Positions 18,160 through 27,280 of a stretch of 64,000 nucleotides of DNA are shown here, in pieces. Source of the stretch: Acidobacteriota bacterium (GTDB taxonomy: Bacteria; Acidobacteriota; UBA890; WLXD01). The stretch covers positions 46,393 through 110,392 of the forward strand of contig CBDAMQ010000024.1 in the NCBI GenBank assembly GCA_965197275.1, in the 5' to 3' direction. The number at the start of each line of letters is the position of its first letter. The stretch's first letter is position 1. Position numbers and translations under genes: made by a program. Below the pieces are notes generated by a model. That model did not search any database and had not been told where the DNA came from. It saw only the letters and a program-made list of their open reading frames with translations.

Positions 18160-20588
18160 CAGCGCTGCGTACCGGCGCGCAGCTGCGTACCGAGACGCGC
18201 GTGCTGGTTGGAGAGCTGGTTCCTGCCGAGTCGATTGTAGATATCCGCCAGCAAGAGATGACCCAGCACCCGGTCCTGCCTGGTGACTTCTTGCGGCATT
18301 CCACGCGCCGCCGCCGACTCGAGTCGTTCCAGCGCCCCCTCGACGAGCGGCACGGCCTCGTCGAGGCGCTCGTTCTTCACCAGGTAGATGCGGGCGAGGA
18401 ACAGCCGCCCAGTGGGGAACCGCGGTTCGATTTCGAGGGCCAGACGCAGGTAGCGCTCCTCCTCGACGAGGTCGCCGCGGTTGCGGTAGATGACGCTGAG
18501 TTTGAACGCCGCCTCGAGGTTGCGCGGCGAGTTCTCGAGCTCGCGACGGTAGGCTGCGATCGCCTCGTCCGGCTGTTCGCGGGCCTGGAACAGCAAGGCG
18601 CGCTGGAAGTGCAGGTCGGCGAGGCCATCGTTGAAGCCGCGCGCCAGGTTCAGGTGTTCCTCCGCCAGGCTTAGGCGGCCGGCGGCCAGCTGGACGGCCC
18701 CGAGCCCGACGTGCGCGGCGGCCATGATGTTGTTCGCCGGAGCATCCTCGTTGAGGCGTAACGCCTCGTTGAAATAGGTCGCTGCCTCGGTGTAGGAGCG
18801 CCTCGTCTGTTTGATGCGGCCGAGGCTGATGTACAGTCGGGCATCCGGTGGCTCCAGGACGTCGATGAAGTCCAGCAACACCTTCTCGGCCTCGTCCAGC
18901 CGACCGGCCTGCCGCTGAGTGCTGGTGAGCAAGAGCACCAGGGCCGCATCCTCGGGCCGCATAGAAAGGGCGGTCTTGAAGGCTTCGATCGCTTCGTCGT
19001 AGCGGAGCTGCTCGACGAGCAGGTTGCCGAGCGACTGGTGTGCATCGACTACTCCGGCATCCGCGGCGATGACGCCCCGCAGGAGCAACTCGGCCTCGTC
19101 CATCTCGTCATTGACGGTTAGACGGCGGGCCCGCAGCAGGTCGTTGTAGATCTCGATCTTGTCCCTCGGGTTGGCGCGCTCGACGTCTGGGTCGTCGGCA
19201 TCGGCGCTGTAGCCGCCGCCGATGTAGCCGAGCGCAGCGAGCCGCTGGCGGGTCTCCTGGTCGAGAGTGACGACGTTCGCCGGGTTGGCGTTCTCCTCGA
19301 GCTGCGCCACCAGCTCCTCGGCCTCCCGGCGCAACGCCTCTGCCGTGGCGGCGCGCTCTGATGCGAGGTCCTGCTGCTCCTCGGGGTCCTGCAGAAGATC
19401 GTAGAGCTCCGGCTCGGGCGAGATGATGAGCTTGTGGGTGGGCTCGAGGATCGCCTGGAGCTCGCTCCAGCCGAAATGGAGGCGCGGGTAGAAGGTCTCG
19501 GCGTAGACGCGCTCGTCGGTCCTGCCCTCGACCTCGGCGTCGTTGGTAAACAGCGGTACCAGGCTCCTGCCATGCACCTCCTCGGGGGTCTCCAGCCCGG
19601 TCAACTCCAGCACGGTCGGCATGATGTCGATTAGCGAGACCAGCTCGTGGCGCCGGATGCCCTGCGGCTCGTCGAATGGCGTGGCGATGATCAGCGGCAC
19701 CCGGATAGCCGATTCGTACAGCAGCAACCCGTGCTCGCTCTCCCCGTGCTCGCCGAGACTCTCCCCGTGATCGGCTGTCACCACGACGTAGGTGTCGTCG
19801 GACCGGCCGGAATCGTCCAGCCACGAGGTCAGCCGGCCCACCAAGGAGTCGGTCCAGGCAATCTCACCGACGTAGGGCCGGTCGGCGTATCGCGACCTGA
19901 AGGGCTCAGGCGGCTCGTACGGGGTGTGCGGATCGTACAGGTGCACCCACATGAAGAAGGGGGCCGTGTCGTCCTCTCGGGCCCACGCCAGGGCGGTGTC
20001 GATGACCTCCGATCCGGAACGCTGTAGGCGGCTGAGAAAAATCGCGCGCTCGGTGGGCAAGTCGAAATCGTCGAAGTAGCGGTCGAACCCCTGGGCCAGG
20101 CCCCAGCGGGAGTCGAGGACGAAGGCTCCGACGAAGGCGCCGGTGCGGTAACCGGCCGCCTGGAAGCTCTCGGCCAGGGTCTGCAGCCCTTCCGGCGCGA
20201 TGTGCACGCCGTTGTCGCGCACCCCGTGGTAGGGGGGGTGGGTGCCGGTCAACAGCGACGTGTGCGAGGGCAGCGTCAGCGGCGTCGAGGCGTAGGCACG
20301 CATGAAGGTGACGCCGCGACCGGCAAGGGAGTCGATTACCGGGGTGTCGACAGCGTCGAAGCCGTACGCGCCGATACGATCGGCGCGCGTCGTGTCGAGC
20401 GTCACCAGCAGGACGTTGAGCTTGCGGTCGCCGCGGAGTTGGGCAAGCTCGTCCGCCGGGGACCCTCCCGACCCACAGGCGACCGTCAACGCGACGACAG
20501 CGGACGCCCACCCGAGGGTGGCGAGCACCCGCCCAGGTTTCAGTACGCCCTCGCCACGCTCCAAGCTCGGCATCCTTACTCGCTCCAT
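18159..20588 (-). CDS. Sulfatase-like (alkaline-phosphatase superfamily) hydrolase/transferase fused to C-terminal TPR repeats; probable lipoprotein
   Basis: N-terminal LNVLLVTLDTTRADRIGAYG...TPLTLPSHTSLLTG...ADHGESLGEHGE. The C-terminal ~350 aa are TPR. The N-terminus contains ALTVACGSGG. The nucleophile position reads TLPSH rather than the C/SxPxR of formylglycine sulfatases. Confidence 0.85.
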   Translation of the reverse strand: MERVRMPSLERGEGVLKPGRVLATLGWASAVVALTVACGSGGSPADELAQLRGDRKLNVLLVTLDTTRADRIGAYGFDAVDTPVIDSLAGRGVTFMRAYASTPLTLPSHTSLLTGTHPPYHGVRDNGVHIAPEGLQTLAESFQAAGYRTGAFVGAFVLDSRWGLAQGFDRYFDDFDLPTERAIFLSRLQRSGSEVIDTALAWAREDDTAPFFMWVHLYDPHTPYEPPEPFRSRYADRPYVGEIAWTDSLVGRLTSWLDDSGRSDDTYVVVTADHGESLGEHGESEHGLLLYESAIRVPLIIATPFDEPQGIRRHELVSLIDIMPTVLELTGLETPEEVHGRSLVPLFTNDAEVEGRTDERVYAETFYPRLHFGWSELQAILEPTHKLIISPEPELYDLLQDPEEQQDLASERAATAEALRREAEELVAQLEENANPANVVTLDQETRQRLAALGYIGGGYSADADDPDVERANPRDKIEIYNDLLRARRLTVNDEMDEAELLLRGVIAADAGVVDAHQSLGNLLVEQLRYDEAIEAFKTALSMRPEDAALVLLLTSTQRQAGRLDEAEKVLLDFIDVLEPPDARLYISLGRIKQTRRSYTEAATYFNEALRLNEDAPANNIMAAAHVGLGAVQLAAGRLSLAEEHLNLARGFNDGLADLHFQRALLFQAREQPDEAIAAYRRELENSPRNLEAAFKLSVIYRNRGDLVEEERYLRLALEIEPRFPTGRLFLARIYLVKNERLDEAVPLVEGALERLESAAARGMPQEVTRQDRVLGHLLLADIYNRLGRNQLSNQHARLGTQLRAGTQR

Positions 20589-20769
20589 CGTCGGGGCTTG
20601 CGGGATCGACCCGTGCGCCTGCCGCCATCGTCGGCAATCGCTGCCGGCCCACGGGAATCCTCCCGGATAGAGTGTAGTAGCTCCGCCGCCTGAGCTCCGG
20701 CAATGCCTCCACGACGCTGGCGGTCAACGGCGTGCGCGCCGGCACCTACTTCGTGCGCGTTCGTACTGT

Positions 20770-20802
20770 CAACGATCATCTGTTACAGGTCACTAGTGGG
20801 CC
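20770..20802. mobile_element. Solo terminal-repeat remnant of the MITE-like element (right end plus CTAG plus a TGGGCC tip)
   Basis: CAACGATCATCTGTTACAGGTCA-CTAG-TGGGCC matches the right end of copy 1 (GGCAACGATCATCTGTTACAGGCCA) with one mismatch in the shared part. No similarity further inward. The GST stop codon (20793..20795) lies inside the CTAG. Confidence 0.6.
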
Positions 20803-21389
20803 GCGCCGGCGTCGTAGACCATCACTCGGCGCATCCAGTCGAGTGCCGAGTCGATGCCCTCCGGCAGCGGCAGCATGCCGGATTGGCTGGCGCGAAAGAG
20901 CACCGGCGCGCAGGTGGCGTCGGCCGCGGTAAGTCGCTCGCCGACGAGCCACTCCGCATCTCGCAGGTGGTCTTCAAGTTGCTGACACGCCGAAGCCAGC
21001 AGCTCGGCGGCATGCTCTCGCTCGGTGGGATCGTCGCGGCCCTGGCGTCGCTGACGGACGAGCAGCAGGAGCGGTCGGGCCAGGCTCGTCCGGCCCCAGG
21101 ATTCCCAATCCTCGATCTCGCGCAGCTCATCGTACGCGCGGCTGTAGAGCTGCGGTGTGTCACGGAAGTTGGCGTCCAGATACCGCAGGATCGCCGCCGA
21201 GTCGGGAATGACCACGTCCCCGTGGACCAGCACGGGCGTGAAAGGCTGTCCGGACACGGCGATCACCGCGGAGCGGTCGTTCGGCGCGATGGTGTGGAAT
21301 TCGTAGGGAATGTCCTTGTAGCCCAGCGCCACACGAACCTTGAAGTTGTTTGAAGTCTCGAATCCGTAAACCCGTATGGCGTCACGCAT
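20793..21389 (-). CDS. Glutathione S-transferase family protein
   Basis: 198 aa. The N-terminal thioredoxin-like part (VYGFETSNNFKVRVALGYKDIPYEFHTI...FTPVLVHGDVVIPDSAAILRYLD) is followed by a helical C-terminal domain. Confidence 0.8.
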   Translation of the reverse strand: MRDAIRVYGFETSNNFKVRVALGYKDIPYEFHTIAPNDRSAVIAVSGQPFTPVLVHGDVVIPDSAAILRYLDANFRDTPQLYSRAYDELREIEDWESWGRTSLARPLLLLVRQRRQGRDDPTEREHAAELLASACQQLEDHLRDAEWLVGERLTAADATCAPVLFRASQSGMLPLPEGIDSALDWMRRVMVYDAGAAH

Positions 21390-21406
21390 GCGTAAATGCT
21401 CCAGCC

Positions 21407-22273
21407 TCAGAAGTTGATGACCAGGGCCAGCGTCAGCAGGCTGTCTGTCTTGCCGAGCGGTGCGAGCACGACGTCACCCGGTGTCGCGCCGTCCGCAGAC
21501 ACCAGGGGGACACCCTTGAGCGCCGGCCGATTGTCCCATAAGACCTGCAGGCTGATCTTGAGCGCCAGCCGGTCGCTCATCGCCACGGCCAGCGCGCTCA
21601 GGAAGTCAACGCGCAGGTCGGCGGTGTCGGCCAGGTTGTCGTCGGCGATGAGCTTGCTGGTAAAGGTGGTCGCATCGCTGAGCTTGCGGCTGTAGTCCCA
21701 CGCGAACCGCAACCCGGCGAACTCGGCACCGTCGACGGCGGCTACGTATCGCTCGCGGGTGTGTGTCAGCCCGAGGTCGGTACGGAAGTGTGAGCGATCG
21801 CCCTCGAGCCAAGCGCGGCTGATACCGCTGGATATCGTGTAGCGGCTATCGATTCCGGCGAAAATGTTGCGCTCCCAGCCGCCGCCGAGGTACCAGCTGA
21901 GGCGTTGGCTGACAGGCCGGTGGAAGCGCGCCCGTGCATAGTAGTTCTCTGCGGTGACGCTGCTGATCGTGTCCTCGACTACTGAGAAGTCCTCGACGCT
22001 GCCGATTGCGGTGCGCGTGCGCGTTGCTGTCCGCACGCGGATCCCGCCGCCCTCCAACGACATCGTGCCGCCGAGCCAGTTGCGGCCGATCGCCAGACGA
22101 AAGCCGACGCTGCTGGCGTCGGTATTGCCTCCTGTGAAGACCAACGTAGCCTCAGCCGTGCCCGTCCAGCCGCTGGGCTCGGGCGCGTCGGCCTCGTCCT
22201 GGGCAGCGGCGGGCCAGGAGATGGAAAGGAGAGCCAACGTCAGTAGTGGCCTGCCGATCAGATTCGATCGCAT
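21407..22273 (-). CDS. DUF481/YdiY-like outer-membrane beta-barrel protein
   Basis: Signal peptide (LLTLALLSISWPAAAQ), then WTGTAEATLVFTGGNTDASS and an alternating beta-strand pattern, ending in ...LALVINF. Confidence 0.7.
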   Translation of the reverse strand: MRSNLIGRPLLTLALLSISWPAAAQDEADAPEPSGWTGTAEATLVFTGGNTDASSVGFRLAIGRNWLGGTMSLEGGGIRVRTATRTRTAIGSVEDFSVVEDTISSVTAENYYARARFHRPVSQRLSWYLGGGWERNIFAGIDSRYTISSGISRAWLEGDRSHFRTDLGLTHTRERYVAAVDGAEFAGLRFAWDYSRKLSDATTFTSKLIADDNLADTADLRVDFLSALAVAMSDRLALKISLQVLWDNRPALKGVPLVSADGATPGDVVLAPLGKTDSLLTLALVINF

Positions 22274-22423
22274 CGTTTTGAGGTCTTCCTGGAATTCGGC
22301 GAAGCAGAGAACGCCTGTGGCAACGCAGACGACCGCGCCTGGATCGCGTCGAGTCTATCTGTCGGAACAGCTTCCGACTGCTCACCATCGGCGCCGGCCT
22401 CGCGTGCACGGTCGCGGCCGAGC

Positions 22424-25267
22424 TTGTTCGCCCCCTGGGGCGCCGCTAAGGTCGCTCGAGTACCCGCGAGCCCCGAGGTCCGCTTGGCCACACCCAGGCA
22501 CGACAACCCAATCAGCTTGTTGCCGGCAGGTCGCGTGGTCGCCGCAATCTCGGCTTTGTTTGCCGTTCTGACGCTGTTGTTCACCTATCCGATTTGGACC
22601 TCGCCGGATTCGACTCTGCCGGGGCTCGGTGACGAGCGGCATCAAGCCTGGGTAATGGCCTGGGACGCGCACGCGCTGCGTGAGGACCCGGCCCGGTTGT
22701 TCGACACCAACACGTTCTATCCACGCCAGAACACGCTAGCGCTGTCCGAGAACCTGCTGGCGACTGCGGTGCTGGTGGCGCCGATCAACTGGGCTGGGCA
22801 CCCGATCCTGGCATACAACGTCGCCCTCCTGGCGTCCTTTTTTCTCAGCGGTCTTGGCATGTCGCTGTGGGCACGGCACCTGACGGCGAGCACGGCAGCC
22901 GGGGTGTTCGCGGGGGTGCTGTGGACCTTCGCGCCGGTGAAGTTCGGACAGCTGGCCCACCTGCAGATGCTCAGCGGCCAATGGGTGCCGTTCGCGCTTC
23001 TGGCGGTGGCCTGCTACGTCGAGACCCTGAGGCTCCGGTACGTTGTCGGAGCTGCGGTGCTCTACTGCCTGCAGTTTCTCGCCTCGCTGTCACACGGGCT
23101 AATGCTGCTACCGTGTCTGGCGTTGTACGCGTTGAGTGGTCTGGGAATGCGATCGCGGCGCGATGTGAGGCGGTTCGCACCTCGTCTGTTGCGCGATTTT
23201 TCGATCGCCGGCGTCTTGTCGGCCCTGATCCTCGTGCCGGTGCTGGCGCCCTATCTCCAGGCGCGGTCGGAGGGAGGGCTTGGCCACGAAGTCGAGGTGT
23301 TGGTCGCTCTGTCGGCGCGGCCGACATCGTTCATTTCGCCGTCCGGCTTCAACCGTGCCGGATACATGCAACCGCTGTCGCAGGCCTACACCACGGCAGA
23401 AGGCAACCTGTTCCCGGGAATAGCGGTCTATCTCCTGCTGTTGTTGGGGGCAGTGTGGCTGTTGCCCAAAGCCTGGCGGGGTGAATGGCCGGGGCACGCC
23501 GTAAGCGCCGGCGCCGAAACGACGGGTATGGCTCCGAATTCCGCCGCAGCGCGTCGGCTGCGTAAAGGCGTCTGCTGGCTAACCGGCGGTCTGCTAGCGA
23601 TGCACTTCGGTAGCATCCTGTTGGCCGAGTGGACCGCCAGACCTCTGGCGGCAGAGTGGTTGCTGGCGACCGCCCGTTGGGTACACCCGACGCTGTGGGT
23701 GGGGCTGAGCGCCACTGTAGGTCTGGCCCTGTGGCGGTGGACCACGCCGAATGCGGCGCGCCCTGCGCGGGCCTTCATGATGGTGACGTATCTGTCGCTG
23801 ATCACCTACTTGCTTGCCTACGGGCCGATTGTCCAGGCCGGCCAGTTGGACCTCGGAAACGGTCCGTATTGGGTCCTCTATCAGGCATTCGCGCCGTACG
23901 AGGCGATGCGATCGATCGCCCGCTTCGGCATTTACTGGATGCTGTTCGTCGCCGCGTATTGCGGCCTCGTTCTCCAGGCAGGCCTGGCGCAGCTGTCATC
24001 GTCTGGCCGTTCGCGGCTCGGTCGCCGACGGTCCGCCGCGGTGACGGTGATGATGATCGCCGTGGTAGGGGTGGAGTACCGCGTTGCCCCGCTGCCTTCG
24101 TTGCCTGTTGACGCGGGCGCGAATCCGGTGGATCACTGGCTCGCCAGACAGCCCGAGGACACGACCGTGCTGCATGTCCCGGTCATGCCCCTTGGGGCGC
24201 AGGGGAATCAGGGCGTCTATCTGCTCGGCTCTACCCTGCACTGGAGGCGCATGGTCAACGGCTACGCCAGTTTTCTCCCGCCAGAGTTCGTGCGGCTAGC
24301 GAACACGAAAGACCATTCCGACTTCTTCCAGCTGCTGCGTGCCTACTACCCACTGCTCGACTATGTGGTCGTGCACGGAGACAAGATACCGGCTGACGAG
24401 TCCGAGAAGCTGCAGTCGCGGATGCTCAACGACGATCTGAACGTCGACCTGGTCACACGTTTGGGCGACGTGCTGGTTTTTCGCCCGAAGCTCGACTGGG
24501 ACCGGGGAGTGGATATCCTGCGGCGTTTCCCTCCGGCAGATCTCGATCGCATGACGATGCATGTGCAGGCTCGTGTCCGGACGGCGATGGCCGATCGGTC
24601 GGCCATGCTCGATGTGCGTTGGGGAAACCGACGCACCCAACGCGAAGCTCTCACCGAGGAGTGGGCTGACGTTGCGGTTATGGTCCCGACGGTCCTCGAA
24701 ACCGGCAACGACGACACAGTGCATGTCCGATTCCAAAGCGCTTACTCGCTGACCCCGCAGGCCGCGGCACGCGCCGTCGGCGCGACCGGCCGCGAGATCC
24801 GCGCCGACGTGTTCCTCGACGTGCAGGCGGACGAGACCCGTCTGGCGATCAACGACACCTGGGAGGCGATAGGCTCCGGCGGCGGATGGCAACTGTATAC
24901 GCTCACCGATTCCGCAGGTCGGTTGAGGCGAGACTGGCCGTCAGGACCTGGCGTAACGTCTCGCGAGCTGCGTCGGATGGTCGACGCGTTGGAGCCCGGA
25001 GTGGTGGTCGCCATTGGCGCTAGCGTTCCACGAGCGCGAAGGCTGGTCGCCGACGAGATTCATGCACTGTCAGCGGTCGGCGTGGCGCCTCCGGCGGATC
25101 AGTTACGGACCCTGGCCGTGATCGGCGTGGCGGGTGCCGAACCAGGGTCGGCGCCTCTGGAGACGCGGGGATTGCGGTCGACAGTCCGAGTCGGCACGAG
25201 CGACCCGAGGCCGGAGATCCAGCTACGACGGATTCGGCTCGAGCCCGAGGGGCCACGGTCACCGTAG
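22424..25267 (+). CDS. Large polytopic membrane protein, GT-C (PMT/ArnT-like) glycosyltransferase-like N-terminal half with a ~400-aa soluble C-terminal region
   Basis: 947 aa with many hydrophobic segments up to about residue 540. An early loop reads DERHQAWVMAWDAHAL...FDTNTFYP. The start codon is uncertain: the track uses a TTG. Confidence 0.55.
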   Translation: MFAPWGAAKVARVPASPEVRLATPRHDNPISLLPAGRVVAAISALFAVLTLLFTYPIWTSPDSTLPGLGDERHQAWVMAWDAHALREDPARLFDTNTFYPRQNTLALSENLLATAVLVAPINWAGHPILAYNVALLASFFLSGLGMSLWARHLTASTAAGVFAGVLWTFAPVKFGQLAHLQMLSGQWVPFALLAVACYVETLRLRYVVGAAVLYCLQFLASLSHGLMLLPCLALYALSGLGMRSRRDVRRFAPRLLRDFSIAGVLSALILVPVLAPYLQARSEGGLGHEVEVLVALSARPTSFISPSGFNRAGYMQPLSQAYTTAEGNLFPGIAVYLLLLLGAVWLLPKAWRGEWPGHAVSAGAETTGMAPNSAAARRLRKGVCWLTGGLLAMHFGSILLAEWTARPLAAEWLLATARWVHPTLWVGLSATVGLALWRWTTPNAARPARAFMMVTYLSLITYLLAYGPIVQAGQLDLGNGPYWVLYQAFAPYEAMRSIARFGIYWMLFVAAYCGLVLQAGLAQLSSSGRSRLGRRRSAAVTVMMIAVVGVEYRVAPLPSLPVDAGANPVDHWLARQPEDTTVLHVPVMPLGAQGNQGVYLLGSTLHWRRMVNGYASFLPPEFVRLANTKDHSDFFQLLRAYYPLLDYVVVHGDKIPADESEKLQSRMLNDDLNVDLVTRLGDVLVFRPKLDWDRGVDILRRFPPADLDRMTMHVQARVRTAMADRSAMLDVRWGNRRTQREALTEEWADVAVMVPTVLETGNDDTVHVRFQSAYSLTPQAAARAVGATGREIRADVFLDVQADETRLAINDTWEAIGSGGGWQLYTLTDSAGRLRRDWPSGPGVTSRELRRMVDALEPGVVVAIGASVPRARRLVADEIHALSAVGVAPPADQLRTLAVIGVAGAEPGSAPLETRGLRSTVRVGTSDPRPEIQLRRIRLEPEGPRSP

Positions 25268-25362
25268 AGGAGGAGCACCCAAGTCGCCGGCTCGGTGGGC
25301 GGCAAGGCTTGTGCTAAGTTGCTCGGTCGGCGCCCGTTGGTTCGGTAGGAAATCCTGACCGG

Positions 25363-27156
25363 CTAGCGCTTTGGCAGGTAGAGGTCGGTCAGCGTTCCCT
25401 CGACCGCCTCGGCTGCGAAGGCCAGCGTTTCCGACAGCGTCGGGTGCGGATGAATCGTGAGGCCGATATCGGTGGCGTTGGCCCCCATCTCGATGGCGAG
25501 GGCAGCCTCGGCGATCAGGTCTCCGGCATGGGCTCCCACGAACCCGGCGCCGAGGAGGCGACCGTTCTCGGCATCGAAGAGGAGCTTGGTCAGGCCTTCA
25601 GGCCGGCCCAGCCCCTGGGCCCGGCCGCTCGCTCCCCAGGGGATGCGTCCCTTCTCCACCCCGATGTTCTGCGCCGCGGCCTCTTCTTCAGTGAGTCCTA
25701 CCCAGGCCACCTCCGGATCGGTATAGGCGACAGAGGGGATCACGGTGGCATCGAACGCACTTGCCTTGCCCGCAATCACTTCGGCTGCGACCTTCCCCTC
25801 GTGGGTCGCTTTGTGCGCCAGCATGGGCTCACCGGCAATATCGCCGATGGCGAAAATGTGCCGCACGTTGGTGCGTTGCTGCAAATCGGTGGAGATAAAG
25901 CCACGGGCATCGACGTGAACGCCGGCCGCTTCCGCACCGAGCAGGTCGCCGTTCGGTCGCCGACCCACAGCCACCATTACCCCCTGGAAGGTGTCGGTCT
26001 CCGGTGCCTTCGGCCCCTCCATCGTCACCTTGAGCCCGCGCTTCAGCGATTTTATTCCGGTCACCTTGGTGGCCGTGAAGATGTTCTCGTAACGTGCCTT
26101 GATCCGTCGTTCGAGCAAACGTACGAGGTCGCGGTCGGCGCCGGGCATCAGGCCATCGGCAAGCTCGACTACCGTGACCTTGCTTCCCAGCGAGGCGTAA
26201 ACCTGCGCCATCTCCAGACCGATGATGCCACCACCAACGACCAGCAACCGTTTTGGAACGTGGTTGAAACGGATGGCCTCGTTCGACGTCCACAGCCGAT
26301 CGTCGTCCTCCGGGAATCCTGCAAGCATGACCGGTCGCGAGCCGGCGGCGATTATGGCGCTGCGGAAGGCCAGCGTCCGCTTTGGCGCGTCGATCGACAG
26401 CGTGTGCGCTCCGGTAAAGCTGGCTCGTCCCTGAATCACTTCGACGTTGCGCTTCTTGGCGAGCTGCACCAGCCCTCCGGTGAGCCCAGCGACGACGCCG
26501 TCCTTCCAGGCCGCCAGAGCGGCAAGGTCGATCTTCGGCGCTCCGAAGTCGATGCCGCGCTGCTTGAAGTCCGCCACTTCGTCGATGAGCGCCGCAGCGT
26601 GCAGCATGGCCTTTGACGGTATGCAGCCGACGTTAAGGCACACACCACCGAGGCTCGCGAAGCGCTCGACAAGCACCACCTGCAACCCGAGATCGGCGGC
26701 GCGAAACGCCGCCGTGTAACCGCCGGGGCCGGAGCCGATCACCACGACCTCCGCCTGGATGTCGGCATCCGGCAACGGCCGTCCCCTGGACGCCGCGCCT
26801 GGCGAGGTCGACGCCCGCGGCGGCGGGGGAGGAGAAGCCTGCTCCGGCTCCGGAGCAGCGGGCTGTTCGCGGACCCGGGCTGCCGGTGGCTCAGACGGGG
26901 TCTCGGTGCCGTCGCTCGGTTCGATAGTGGCTACCGCGGATCCCTCGGAGACCGCGTCTCCGATAGCCACGTGCAGGGTGCGCACCGTGCCGCTTACCGG
27001 GGCCGGGATCTCGAGGCTGGCCTTGTCGCTCTCGAGCGTGATCAACGATTCTTCCGTTTCCACGACACTCCCCGGCTGCACCAACAGCTCGGTGACTTCG
27101 ACGCTTTCGAAGTCGCCGATGTCGGGCACCAAAACCTCGATCAGAGCACTCGTCAT
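25363..27156 (-). CDS. lpdA: Dihydrolipoyl dehydrogenase (E3) with an N-terminal lipoyl domain
   Basis: N-terminal lipoyl motif (LITLESDKASLEIPAP), an Ala/Pro linker, then VVVIGSGPGGYTAAFRAADLG...GGVCLNVGCIPSKAML (redox disulfide) and the C-terminal HPTLSE interface motif. Confidence 0.9.
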   Translation of the reverse strand: MTSALIEVLVPDIGDFESVEVTELLVQPGSVVETEESLITLESDKASLEIPAPVSGTVRTLHVAIGDAVSEGSAVATIEPSDGTETPSEPPAARVREQPAAPEPEQASPPPPPRASTSPGAASRGRPLPDADIQAEVVVIGSGPGGYTAAFRAADLGLQVVLVERFASLGGVCLNVGCIPSKAMLHAAALIDEVADFKQRGIDFGAPKIDLAALAAWKDGVVAGLTGGLVQLAKKRNVEVIQGRASFTGAHTLSIDAPKRTLAFRSAIIAAGSRPVMLAGFPEDDDRLWTSNEAIRFNHVPKRLLVVGGGIIGLEMAQVYASLGSKVTVVELADGLMPGADRDLVRLLERRIKARYENIFTATKVTGIKSLKRGLKVTMEGPKAPETDTFQGVMVAVGRRPNGDLLGAEAAGVHVDARGFISTDLQQRTNVRHIFAIGDIAGEPMLAHKATHEGKVAAEVIAGKASAFDATVIPSVAYTDPEVAWVGLTEEEAAAQNIGVEKGRIPWGASGRAQGLGRPEGLTKLLFDAENGRLLGAGFVGAHAGDLIAEAALAIEMGANATDIGLTIHPHPTLSETLAFAAEAVEGTLTDLYLPKR

Positions 27157-27280
27157 GGGTTGCGCGCGGATTCTGCGTCGTTTGTCGTCAACGATGGGGT
27201 AACCATCGCCTCCTCCTCTCTCCTGGCCTGCGCCTCGGAAAAACCGGTCGCCAGACCCACCACACTTTCACCACGGCCTG

